Assembly: GCA_043228905.1 (NCBI GenBank)
Contig: JBHGNT010000351.1
Coordinates: 1 to 32,289, forward strand
Origin: Azolla caroliniana
Lineage: Eukaryota > Plantae > Polypodiophyta
DNA length: 32,289 nt
Reading direction: 5' to 3'
A program made the translations under genes and the position numbers. This document shows, piece by piece, positions 1 to 12,100 of this stretch. Below the pieces are notes generated by a model that did no database searches, was not told the DNA's origin, and worked only from the letters and a program-made list of their open reading frames with translations. How positions within the stretch are numbered: position 1 is the stretch's first letter; the number at the start of each line of letters is the position of its first letter.

Positions 1-628
1 CCTTAATCTTTCTAAAAGATATGGATTATCAACAAGCCGGTGTTCAATGCTATGGTCTTTACTGTTTCTAATATATACATACATCATCCACACTGCCAAG
101 TGATGGCAAATGACAATCTATGATGATTAGAGGATGCAATATTAACTACATGGGAGGTGCTAGGATAAATAAGGGATCTTTTATGTAATGAGACTTTTGC
201 TTAGAAGAGATCTTTGGATATAAAGGCTATGTGATGCATGCCCTTAATTAGGGATGTGTATTATGTTGTTGACTCCACCAAAAAGGTTCGTAAGTGGGTT
301 GAGCTTGGTGTCCTCTTGAAAGCATTTGTGTACCATAAGAAACAAATGTTTGAAAATTGGATATCCTTGTTGTATGTAGAATGTATGTGTTATAACTTGT
401 AATACAAGAGAACTACAGCTTTTCTTGTGAAGATGGGGAGTTTTCCACACGCTTTGTATAATATGTACATACAATGGTTCTTTTATGTACTAGAAATGTG
501 TTTGTTTGTATATATTTCTCAATGAAGGGTGCTGCTTCTAATGTAAGTGTTGAGAGTCGTTTTTTGGAAAAAGAAGAAGAAGAAGAAGTGTTGAGAGTAG
601 AACTCATCTTCCCATAATAATAGGTTTC

Positions 629-692
629 ACACTAGCTTATGGTTATACCAAGCTAGTCTTACACTAGCTTATGGTTATACCAAGCTAGTCTT
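629..692. repeat. Perfect 32-bp tandem duplication, each unit an imperfect hairpin
   Basis: ACACTAGCTTATGGTTATACCAAGCTAGTCTT at 629-660 and 661-692. ACTAGCTT and AAGCTAGT are reverse complements. Confidence 0.95.
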
Positions 693-908
693 GTAAATAG
701 TAGAAAGGGTTATTTGCCCTAGTTTAGTTGGTATTTAAACCAACCCCTTGTAACTAACTTAGTTATTGTTGGAAGTATATTTTTTGGTTAATGTAATATA
801 CATACTTTTATCTCTGTCTTAAGCTCTCTCTCTCTTTTGCCTTACGTACACACTCACACACAGTCCTTTCGTTGCATCTCAGCCATTCATGCTCCTCATT
901 TCTTTATA

Positions 909-919
909 TGGTATTAGAG
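909..919 (+). promoter_or_regulatory. Retrotransposon primer-binding site (tRNA-iMet type, degenerate)
   Basis: TGGTATTAGAG versus consensus TGGTATCAGAG, about 105 bp upstream of the gag ATG. Confidence 0.7.
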
Positions 920-1024
920 TGTGTGGTTGCTTAATCGAATCTATTCAACTACATTGTAGTACACGCTGACGATCAACAGAACCGGCTCATCAACAGAGAA
1001 GAAATCGACATAATAAACACTCAT

Positions 1025-1300
1025 ATGGGTAGCGCTCTTTTTACCAAGAAGCTTGACAGAACAGATTTCGCATCTTGGGAATACAAGATGCATCAATACC
1101 TTGTCGGACAAGTTTATTGGAACTACTTTGAAGGAGATCACGAAACTAAACCCAACCCAACACACGTTGACTATCCCGATTCGGAGCAGGCCGCAATTCG
1201 TGTGTTGTATTGCCTTGCATCATGCGTTCATGATTATACACTTGGCTATATTCGAGATTCGAAAACACCGAAAGAAGCTTGGACAAATAAATGTGGATAA
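1025..1300 (+). pseudogene. Copia Gag N-terminal fragment (Retrotran_gag_2/UBN2-like), truncated
   Basis: KLDRTDFASWEYKMHQYL...YW...IRDSKTPKEAW matches the copia gag pattern KL.G.N...W..KM..YL...I....T.KEAW. Similarity stops at about 1290. Confidence 0.75.
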
Positions 1301-2919
1301 CATAAAAAGTTTCATCATTGCAAACCAAAGTTAGTCTTCAACATGAGGCATGATGTTACTTAATATTTCCCACAATACATTTGGAATCAGATGCACAAAC
1401 ATTTAAATGTCACTTTGATATAATTACCCCTGCATGTCAGATTTGTAGAACTACTTAGACTCGGGTTTGTTTATGCAATTGGATTTATACTAATTTGAAT
1501 AGTCTCCATGGAAAAAAGCTGTGAAAGTAAAACAAATCCTGAGTATTAAGGATAACCATAAAAATTCACATTAGAAGAGAGACTAAAGCTTATATATTAC
1601 CTACCATGGAATTAAGCAATATATTGGTCAGTGTGAAATTCCATTTCACTGTCAGCTAAAAAACTGGTTTTTACTGCAGCAAAGGTCTGTTCCAGCAAAA
1701 ATTGTGTTACAAATGGCACGAGTATCCATCATATTAATAACATACAGGATAACTAACTGCATACAGATAACAATGTAAGCAGCTCTTGTCTGTTACACTT
1801 CTACATAACCAACATAATTTTATGGCCAGACGTTGTCACTTCTCTTCCACATCACGAAACGCATGCATCGCATATAGCATTACATAAAGAAAGATTACGC
1901 ATCTGTTTAAAAAATGCTTTAATTGACACGATCTTTAGCCAAAAACCATGGCAATTCTCAAATACTAATATTTTCATTGCAAACATGAGATACATAATAT
2001 TTGGTTGGCTAAATAATTTTAACTGCCAAAACAGAAGACATGACCAGGTACTGTTAAATACGCTCACTACACCCGAATACAGGTACCAACATGAGGGCAA
2101 ACTAGATGTACATGCTAAGATAACACCAAACCATCAAACATTGTCAATTGGCAAATAATTGCCCCATTATATATGTACAAAAAATGGGGCAATGTTGAGT
2201 GAAGCATGGATTCCTAAAACAATGTTGAACAATGGTGGAACTTTTGGATGGTGGATTGACTCATCGCATCAGTTATAAGATTGACTGATAATTCTTACTA
2301 GTGGGTTTACATCTATTTTGAATTGTCTTCTTGCCTTTGAAAAAATGACCGTTTCTGATTCAAATTAGATATTTAAAATTCTTTGATTAAAAGGACTATA
2401 GTCCTCCTTCAAATCGACCACAATGAGACCAATTTGCATTGATCCCCTCCTAACGCAGCGTGCTTGTGAATGACATACAAAAGAATTTGCAATTACTTAG
2501 GCAACTACTTGTCATCCCTCCCTTGCTAATCATGCATGTATCTGTAAAACTAGCTCATGCGAGTTTAAGCTGCAAGTAATAATTGTTCCTTTGCCACCAT
2601 GATCGGAAGAGGTTGCAACAATGTTCATGTGTTCAACGTTGCTCCAATGAAAAATTATAAGGATATGCCTCTACCAAAACTTCCACAAAGTCAAATTGAA
2701 GAATTTAACCATTTTGTTCACAAACAAAACTCATGAAGAACATTAAGGACCTTACAAAGATTGTGAGATGGTGAACTTTGGGATAGATAAAGACTATGAA
2801 GCCTAGACACCATTTAGCTAATGATGATTGCAGTATATCCCCTACCCTCGGACCCCATTACATCGAGACAATAAATACTCTTTTACTCCACTCTCCATAA
2901 TCTTAGCCTTCCATCATTA

Positions 2920-3291
2920 GGGATGTAATATCCAGTTCCTACATTCTATTGGTGAGTGTACCAATAAGAATGCTCATATACAATCGATCAATCTAGGAAT
3001 TGTACATGGAAAGTTCATGTTGATAGAGAGCATACATTGATTGGGGATGTAATATCCAGTTCCTACATTCTATTGGTGAGTGTACCAATAAGAATGCTCA
3101 TATACAATCGATCAATCTAAGAATTGTACATGGAAAGTTCATGTTGATAGAGAGCATACATTGATTGGGGATGTAATATCCAGTTCCTACATTCTATTGG
3201 TGAGTGTACCAATAAGAATGCTCGTATACAATTGATCAATCTAAGAATTGTACATGGAAAGTTCATGTTGATAGAGAGCATACATTGATTG
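2920..3291. repeat. Tandem array of three near-identical 124-bp units
   Basis: GGGATGTAATATCCAGTTCC...GCATACATTGATTG starts at 2920, 3044 and 3168, with only a few substitutions between units. Confidence 0.95.
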
Positions 3292-4309
3292 CGTCTTGTT
3301 CTTCTAAAAGTGAAATTGGTCATCAAATCACACTTTTCAAAGCTTGTTCTAGCCATTTCTCAATTTGCTTTCAAATGATTGTTTGCATCTAGTGTACCCC
3401 GAAAGTGGCAAATAATTCCCCCATTATATACAAAAAATGGAAGAGATTGTAAAGGAAGAAGTAACAACCCAATGGGAACCAATTCAGAAGTACATAAGTC
3501 AGTACTTCATTTGTTTTGTGTACACATTTAAATGTCTATCATCCCTATTTTACTATTCTCCATGTGCAAAACATCAAGGGTTAGGGGTTGGATATAGCAC
3601 CCCATTCACTCCTAATTTGGATGCAAGAGTAGTCGACTCCAAATAACACAACGTGGGAACATGCAGAAATTTAGTCCACATTCTTTCCCTCTTGCTTTGC
3701 ATAGGTTCCTTGTCGCTACCCTCGGGCATGTTCTCTTTCGTTGTTTTCGCAGGTCATGTATGCAGCTCAGCTCCATCTCCCATGAGCATGATGAAGTATG
3801 TCATGAAGTGGATCTCTTTAGCAGTCCTAACTCAAGGGGCACTGAAATAAGGATGAGCAAGGACTCACTTTGAGCTCTCTTAATACTATAATGGAGAAAT
3901 ATGAAACTTAGTTGCACTTATCTCTGATCCAATACAACATTCAGTGGAATTTGGAATAGCATTTTTTATTTAAATCACCTGTTAGTTTTTAAATGATGAT
4001 AAAGATTCCTTCAAATTTTGAGATATTTAAGCAGTAAACCCTTCATATAGTGGCAAATTCATAGAGAAAAATAAAATTTTCAAACGTGCAATGACCACAG
4101 TTAGCATGACCCCTCCACAATGTCAGCTCTCTTATCTCAAGCATCAGGTTCTGGAACAAAATGATGGCCTCAGTAAACGAATCAAAATTAATATTGAATA
4201 TACAAAGTTGTACTGGTATTAATTTACTTACAGAAACAACATAGCTGAGACTATATGAATGATATATGTTCCACCATTGATTTACAACTATCAATCCAAC
4301 TCTTTGTTA

Positions 4310-7300
4310 TTATTTACCTATACAAGCCTTCATCCATGAAGCAACCTCATCCACCAATGTCTCTATATCCTCGATGATTTGTTGCCGTAAGCCTGAAGCT
4401 GTCATATCTCCAGTAAAAGACTGGCCAACATCTTTAGCTACTGTTTCCCAAGGAGTTCCAGCTGCTAAAGTAGCGAGAATTTCACTTCCTCTTGAGACAG
4501 CTTCAGCCATTGGGGGTGGCACAACTGGTAGAACCTTCACCAAAGAAAGCAATATATTCAATATTAATGTCCTTAAGAGTCATCACATTCTTCTTCACAT
4601 GTAATGCTGAACCATGTGATCACCATAAAAAAGTTTTTTGAAACATGAACACATTGTGGCACCTGTTGTAGAGGCCTTGTATGATCCCCTGGTAAGGTTC
4701 GAATGGACATATCGAGGGAGGAGCTGACTCCAGACTCAAAGCTAAGGGTCTGGGCTAGTAGGGCTGTCTCATCAATTTCATCATTCTGGAATTTTATTAA
4801 GAGATTCTTACGGACACCATAATACGATTTTATCTGCAGAAAGGCATAGATTGCAAATATGTCAATCATAAACAATGTGGATGCACTGGAAACAAGATTT
4901 CCAATATTTACATGCACTTCCATTGATTCTTATGATTTGTCTCATAGGCCAAAATTGGCCTCCAATAACAATATATATTTCCCTCTCAATCAATAGTTTG
5001 CTTCAGGATTTCGATCATGATGGTGAGGTTCTTCCTCAATTTCTTCATCTCTCAAGGATGTGGATTCCATGATAGCTGTGTACGTGCGTTTACACAGAAT
5101 AGTTCCCTACTTATAAATTTAAGCTTTTTTTCTTGAACCTTTGGATCCTTAAAAGCATCGTAAGGTCTTCTTTACCTTTACAAGTTCTACTTTAACAAAC
5201 AAACAGACAGCATGACAGACAGACTTATGTTAACAGGAAATGGATATGATATATATGTATGTATATATATATATATGGTTAAAGCCCTGAACGATTATGG
5301 GGATTGACGATTGCAATCATTACAGAAAACTCCTTCGTATAGCTATCAGTATTGAGTGAAAAGAGCACCACAACCACCTCTATGATTCCATCCTAATAGA
5401 CTATGGTGATTAAATATTGCAAATATCCATTGCAACTCCATAATATAACTAGCATTTAGTAGCCTTGAAATTTTGCAGACTCACTCACCAACTGACGAGT
5501 CTCATCAGGTTGAGGTATAAAATTATCCTTTCCATTCGCAAGATCCAAATATAAAGGTGGAAGCTGCTCTACCAATGGAAGCACTTGCTTCATAAATGGA
5601 CTCAAATTCTGTAAGTTTCGTATTGCCATATCTGCCTGCATAATCAAACCTTTAACAATGACGCAGCAATATTTCAATGTTACCAATCATAGATTAGACA
5701 CTGCAAACACAATAAAATTACCCCAAATTTAACAGTGGGTGAGGCCATCAATTGACTGATTAATGGGCCTAGATTTTGAGCCATGGGTACTATCACAGGA
5801 GAAAATAGTGGAATTGCCTTACTTGCCTCCTGCATTAATGAAATGTGTAGAATTTTACAAGTTGTTTCGACAATTCAAGAAAATAATAATTAGAGTTGCT
5901 TGAAATTCACAAATGATAGGCATACATCCTATTTAAATACTTCTATGTAAAGTTCCACAATAATTGGTAATCACAGTAGAACATTGACTGAACAACCCAG
6001 TCCTTTTGTAGGTGGGGATTTACACGTAGCTCAAAATTTACCTGCATGTATACTGCATGGAGATGACCTAATCAAGATATTCATATAAAGGAATATTTTC
6101 CAGGTAGACTCTTAGCAAAATAATGGATGCACGCTTCATTAGAAGCCAAAAAACATGATTTTCTTTAGAACAAACAAAACCCTATGATACAAAAATAAAG
6201 ATTGTCTCATTTAAAAAGGAAAAGTTCAGCTAGAATATATTGGAGCCAAAAAATGTGATTTGTTTTGGATCAAACAGAACTTGTGACATGTTAACAAGAT
6301 TGTCACACTTAAACAAGAAATTTCTCAACTAAAATGCATTCTAAGAGCTGGTGCTTGTAACTATTTTTACTTCTGTATGCCCAAAACACATGATCGTTCT
6401 GACTTGGTATGGTACAGGCTAATAATACCTGTCAGAAACAGTCAGCATCACCACACGACACATGACAGTACCTTGAAAAGTCTTAGCATGCAGGGGAAAG
6501 AATTTGAGATTCAAAAAATGTTCAAATTTTGGTCCTATGCAGACTCTTTCAATGTATTTGCAACAGCCTCATTAATCTATCCAACATCATCGTCATATAT
6601 ATTCATTGTAACTGATGACAAAACGATATTCAAATGAATATTTACTCATGTTAAGGAGAGAAAATTTTATTTATTCTTACAGCACTAGGGTATGATCATA
6701 AAGACATTTACTTGAAACAACACATATTAGTGTGATGAAAGAAAACAAAAGATCTTGTATAAAACATTCATCAACCTTATTATTGAAAGACATGAGCACG
6801 TTTCCGGTGCGTTGAACAGCATACCTTGCCCCTGAAAGCCATTAACAAAAGGAATTAAACCTGTATTAAGTGAGAAATAAGCATTTCTAATTTTGAAGGT
6901 CTACAAACCTGTATAGGATTTCTACACCCCCCCCCCCCCCAAAACAATCCCATGTGCTCCCCAAGGACTGAAAGGATCCCACCAAGGCAATGATTTAATG
7001 GCTATCTACCGGCCAAGAACTTGGGAACTTATAAGTTTCATGAACTGGGAAAAGAAAATATTGTCAATTACTAAAAGTCTGGCCAATTTTAGGGTTGAAG
7101 TCAATGGATGGTAACTACATATATTTCAAAAGATGTGATAAATTGAATAATTATAAGCCATTATGAATTTCTATATGATCATATTATTTTGCATTAGTTT
7201 GCCCCTTTAGAAGTTAGAATGAAACGCCAAGTCTTAACAATTAACACAGGGAATAGAATGAGTTAAAACAAACCAATGACAGATTTTTTGAAAAGAGGAT

Positions 7301-10300
7301 GCACTGTAACCATTGGGTTCTGTGCACATAACATTGTAAAGCATCAATATTGACATTCCGTATCCAATATTCTGATACTCTAATCATAGTTCAACTTCAA
7401 GATGGAGGTTTAGAAGTGTAAGGGGTTGAGATTTTAAGGTTAAATTGTACCAAAGATATACACTGAGGGCGGATTGTAACTAGGTTGCCAGATGTTCAAT
7501 TGAGTGTATATATCTATTTATAAAGTTTTTTGCAAAATTGATAAAGCATCTTCTACCAGAGATATCGCCAAAATATAACATCCCCCCTCTATAATATAGA
7601 TCATTTATTTCTAATCCTCCAATTTTATAGAATATAATGAATACTTAATTACCTTGATCATATTACCTATTAATAGCTGAATAAGAGATCCCATAGAATG
7701 ACCTAGTCCAAATATAGGAATATTTTCAATCTGCAAAGTCATAATATATTAGTGTTAAAAATATCAATGGTCACGTTTGCTGATATCCAGGAGCCCCAAC
7801 GAGCTAGGTTTCTATCACTGCCTTCCAGAATAAAAAAGTATGACATGATTGTCATTATCTGCATTGTAGCAAATTATCTAGCATTTATGTTCAGTGAATA
7901 CACTCACATTGTCATCTCGGAGAACCCTCATGCAACGGTCAAATTTAAACTGCACTTCATCAGCAATTCGAAGATGATCAAATCCACTGGCAAATGGTGT
8001 TGCAACGATAAGAAAACCCCTGGCAATGACGAGTGAATACTAATCCGATGTTAAGAAAAGAATGTTTCTAGTCATGAAATCATTCCTACAATTAAATAGA
8101 CAAATAAAAGCATCATACCTATCTGCAAGCCGTTCAAGAAAGAGTCTGTAAGTTAGCTGTGGTGCAGCACCAACAAACACACCGCCTACAAAATGTACAA
8201 TTGCAGATGGTATGCCTACTTGTGGTTTAAGCACCCACACATCCTGTGCTACAATGAAAAATAGAATCATATTCCCTTTCATTTTGAAGATGACTATCAT
8301 TTGAATAATGCAGAAGCATGAGTTTCGCCTACAGAAGACATTAGAAAGTCTTCCTTTCTTTCCTTCCTGCCATACATTCATGTGTATACATTTCATATTT
8401 ATTTGTTTGCATGAACATTTGTTGATTGCTACAACAGTCAACTCGCCCTACAACATATTCTCTCGATGGAACCCTCCTCAAATGCTATTTTACACCAACT
8501 GTGCTTTTTTGGGTTCACTAGATTGTAGGGAGGTTTGAACATTAACATTCTTTGTATTGACAATTATAAGAATGTCAATTTTCTTTCAGGAAGGTCTTTT
8601 TAGTTTTTTACCAAAAGAATCTTTCTAAACTTGGGGTGCATCATGTTACATAGAAGAAACGAGTAAATAATTTTGCTTATTATGTGGTTTTTTTTTATCT
8701 TTGGGATTTTATAGCCTCATTATTCATAAGGTTTTGTATAGTCATTACATACAAAACTGGAAAAGTACAGGCAACTAGTAGATAAGTGCAAATGATTTTA
8801 ATTGAACTTCAAACGACTTTTGGTACGTAGCACTACCGGTACTATCCTATTAGATTAAAAATGTCAACTAAAACATAGATAAAATATAATTGGCATTATT
8901 AGTTGGTATACCTAAAGGAATCAAATGTGAATATTCTTAAGCACATTTCTAGAATCGGTAATTATACAGCATGAGTACACATCTCCAACCGAAATATATA
9001 CCATATAAACACCTATCCTCATCTTTTTGTCATTAATTTCTGTAATCGAGCATCACTAGTCAAAAACTATCGTTCTTGTTAAAATACCTCAATTAATTGC
9101 CAATCTCCAGTATCTCCAAAGGTAGTTTGTGATCTTTTTGCAACATCTGTAAAGACCCTAAACAAAATACAAGAGTTCCCATAGTTAGCCCTTTGGCGAA
9201 TATATTGTGATCTTTAATCAAATATATATGCTCTTTGCCAATCAAACAAAGTGTGAAAGTTCTCATATTTAGCTTCATGTTCTTTTGAGAATTTTTGTGT
9301 CATAAACAATTTGCAGGATTTGTAGATGACTCTCAACATTGCAATTTGCCATCAGAGATATATGCAGTATTTCCAAAATTCTATTGGACTCAAAGGAGTA
9401 CGTTTTTGAAGATAAACATCACATGAAAATGCACATGAGCTCCACATACACCTCCATCTTCTGGATCCCAAATTCAAAATCAAATTCTTAATTCCTAAAC
9501 TGGACAGTCTATACAACAAGATGAATGAGTTCACTTAGCTTCATTAAGCCTTGCTATGAGAGGAATACCTAGTTCGTAGAAAACACTCTCACATGTTCAT
9601 ATGAAACCCACAAAAACAATATAGTATCTCACTGAATAACGAGGTGAATTGAGTTCATTAAGTTTAATAAGTGTTGCCTATGAGAATAATACCTAATGGG
9701 TGGGAAACATTATCTCGCTTTTTCATATGAAATAATAAAAAAATGAGCAATTGGCACACGCACGGTTTGAACATACAAATTCCTATTTGAATATATTTCT
9801 TATGAGATTTATCTAACGATGACCGCCAGAACATTATTCTTGATAATAAAGTTAGAAGCAGGCCGACTAGTTTATGCTATTAAAGAACCTTTTAATGCTA
9901 ATTCACAGAAAACTATATGACGCATACAAAATAACTATATCTCATCGTAATCTAGCACAAATAATATGATCAATGAGTTCATTGAACTTCACAAGTTTTT
10001 CCCATGAGAAGAATACCTGATAAGCAAAAACAGGATGTCTCTTGTTCATAACATTATAATTCAGCCTGAATAAAAAGCGTGAATGAATTCATTGCTCTTT
10101 GAAAGTCTTGGCAATGAGGATACCACTACAATCTAACATAGAGTACATGATTTTGAAATGTCAAGTTTGTTTTTTCAATAGAAAATATTCTGGTTTGATG
10201 GTAGCTATTCTTTCCTTTCCAAAGAAACGGATTCTTCAAAGCAACCCATGACATGAGAGTTGACAAACAGAAACACCAAAAAACAATCCGATTAAGTATG

Positions 10301-10826
10301 AAAATGAGCAAAACTTCGTGGAGAACTCGATTCAGAAGGGAAGGAAAATAGATATAGCGTTGGGAACGAAATTTCAGAAATCATGGACAAGCCTGAGGTT
10401 TAAACAGACGAACTCGTTTATTTCACATGAGTATGGAAGAAATGTCATAAAAGCTAACAAAATTATACTATTTACACATGAAAGATCGGCCCTTTTCACG
10501 TTAAATCGTGGAAAAGACGAACTGGAAAAGCTGTATGAAACCTGATTTTCCTCACGGTAACTTACGGACCTTTCAATTTGTCCGTAAAGTTGGATACTGC
10601 GATCTTTGGCAGAATCGTCCATATTGCTGGTTGACTGAGCACGAAGAGGTCGAACCTTGCATGGTTTTGACCATGAGTTTAGCCATGGCAATGGGGGGGG
10701 GGAGGATGAAGTCAGAGAGTGGAGGATGATAGGTGGATAGATTCCGTGGCAAGGTCTGCGGAGAGGAAGCTGAAGCTTATGCAGATGCAGATGCAGATGC
10801 AGGTAAGTAGAAGAAGAAACAGCCAT
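4310..10826 (-). CDS. DUF1350 family alpha/beta-hydrolase-like protein with probable plastid transit peptide (At5g47860-like), 10 exons, ~444 aa
   Basis: Exons (minus strand): 10826-10570, 9157-9088, 8243-8119, 8019-7908, 7730-7667, 6831-6776, 5829-5722, 5635-5489, 4833-4663, 4534-4310. All introns are GT-AG with matching phases (1335 nt total). Family motifs: IQLYGQIER, VHFVGGVFVGAAPQLTYRLFLERL, ATPFASGFDH, nucleophile elbow GHSMG, RYAVQRTGNVLMSFNNK, LVEQLPPLYLDL, KFQNDEIDET, LPGDH. The N-terminus (MAVSSS...) is Ser/Pro/Arg-rich. Confidence 0.93.
6142..6340. repeat. Degenerate ~100-bp tandem duplication in a DUF1350 intron
   Basis: AGCCAAAAAA..TGATTT...CAAACA...AAGATTGTC.CA.TTAAA occurs at 6144 and 6244. 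Confidence 0.75.
9521..10126. repeat. Four diverged copies of an ~85-120-bp repeat in DUF1350 intron 1
   Basis: Shared core TGA[G/A]TTCA..-N~20-ATGAG...ATACC(T)-N~25-TTCATA at about 9521, 9644 and 9969, plus a partial copy at 10079. Confidence 0.7.
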
Positions 10827-11449
10827 TGTTCTTCTTCTTTTTTGTTTGTTTTTTCTTCTTGTGGGTGGGGTGGGGTTTTTGTTTGTTTCTTCTTCTTCGG
10901 CTTGAAAGAGGAAGAAGGAAGAAGACGCCAAATTGGAAACAAAAGCTCCCCTCTCTCTGCTCTGCTCTACTCTTTTCCTTCCTTCCTTCCTTCCTTCCAT
11001 AGTATGTAATGTACCATACGTGCATTCGCGTTTTTTTGAGAATGTTTCAAACATCCGAGTACGGTAAAAACCCTCGAAGTATGGTAAATACCATACTTTT
11101 GTATTCATTATTCATTATAAGGTCACTTTTTTAAGGTAAAATGTGTTTTTTTTTTAAAACATACGAATGTTTTGATAACATACTCATTCGTTTTTTCGTT
11201 CGTGTGGAAAATAAACGAATGTTCGCCAATGCATTCGAGCATATTACGTACTATGCAAGTTCCTTCATATTTGATAATATGTACTCCACTGCGCGCGCGC
11301 CAGGTGCGACCACAACTTACGTGGCAACCTCTTATTTGTGGTTGTGACCTGGCCAACTCGATCGGCCCATGTTCATAGCATGTCATCACAATACGAGCAT
11401 GTCGGGCTTATGGCAACATTTCATCATTTCAAGCTCACCATGGTCAATT

Positions 11450-12100
11450 GGTTGGCTCTCAGAAAGCTTTGTGAGATCCTACGAGCACGGGCTTACCTCT
11501 TCTCCAAATCCATCGATGTTTTAACTTTACGTTGCAGGATTCCGTTCCCTTTTGTCAATGGCACAGTGGCTCCAATTCCCACTGGAACATGCCATGAACC
11601 CCGATGGTACAACACTCCTTGGCCTAATGTGGCTTTCTTCAAAGTCGTGAATGATGATGAAGAGAGTTTCCATGGTTTTAGCAAAATTATCTACTCTATG
11701 GCCAATCTCTCATCGAGTGAAGCTATGGCCAAGGCTAACTTCTATAACTTACAAATAAAGTTTCAATCAATTTCCCCTTTTGCGATGAATATTTAGTTGA
11801 TGTGGCCTATGATAAGCTGGATTAGGAAAATCACACGATGCTTATGATCTCTATCACACACTTTACAATAGTTCCTTCTCTAGATCATTATTCTTCTTCG
11901 ATTAAAGCAATATTCTATCCATTAATCTTTTGAGGAGATGGCAAGTATTTGCGTTCAATTGGCGTCCCGTGTAATTTAGTTGAGCCAAGGCTTTCTAGCA
12001 AATTCGACTTCATGTTCTCAAGTTAAGATGAATATTGTGAGTTGATGCAATGCTTTAGTGTTTACCATTTTCATTGAGCAAGAACTTTAACTATGTATTT
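11450..12100 (-). mobile_element. Possible highly degenerate Ty3/gypsy pol (RT connection/RNase H) remnant
   Basis: Minus-strand fragments VDNFAK, SFTTLKKA..GQGVL and GIGATV...RKV....EKR fall in the order of gypsy NFAK / AF..LK..L...PVL / DAS..GIGAVL / SRKL...EK.Y motifs. Many stops and frameshifts; boundaries approximate. Confidence 0.35.

Larger units (their letters stand above)
589..1300 (+). mobile_element. Truncated Ty1/copia LTR retrotransposon 5' end (LTR ~589-908, PBS 909-919, gag fragment)
   Basis: TGTTG start at 589, TATA-like TATTTAAA near 733 and a CT-rich R/U5-like stretch. TGGTATTAGAG at 909-919 has one mismatch to the tRNA-iMet PBS TGGTATCAGAG. A copia gag-like ORF follows at 1025-1300. 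No pol or 3' LTR is seen, and the LTR start is inferred. Confidence 0.7.

Noticed and set aside
2270-2900. Possible LINE C-terminal zinc-knuckle remnant (HLF..C-like)
   Set aside because: A single frameshifted motif with no RT or endonuclease evidence.
2920-3291. CRISPR-like array
   Set aside because: The units repeat over their full length with no unique spacers, there are no cas genes, and the context is eukaryotic.
3653-3873. Minus-strand 'VLAHPYF' kinase-like motif and short plus-strand ORFs
   Set aside because: The motif is isolated and followed by stops, with no other kinase subdomains.
10374-11108. 244-aa single-exon ORF
   Set aside because: Only 10826-10570 is DUF1350 exon 1. The rest is low-complexity 5' UTR/promoter and intron read-through.
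11338-11796. 152-aa plus-strand ORF
   Set aside because: No ATG start or recognisable domain; probably the antisense shadow of the retroelement remnant.
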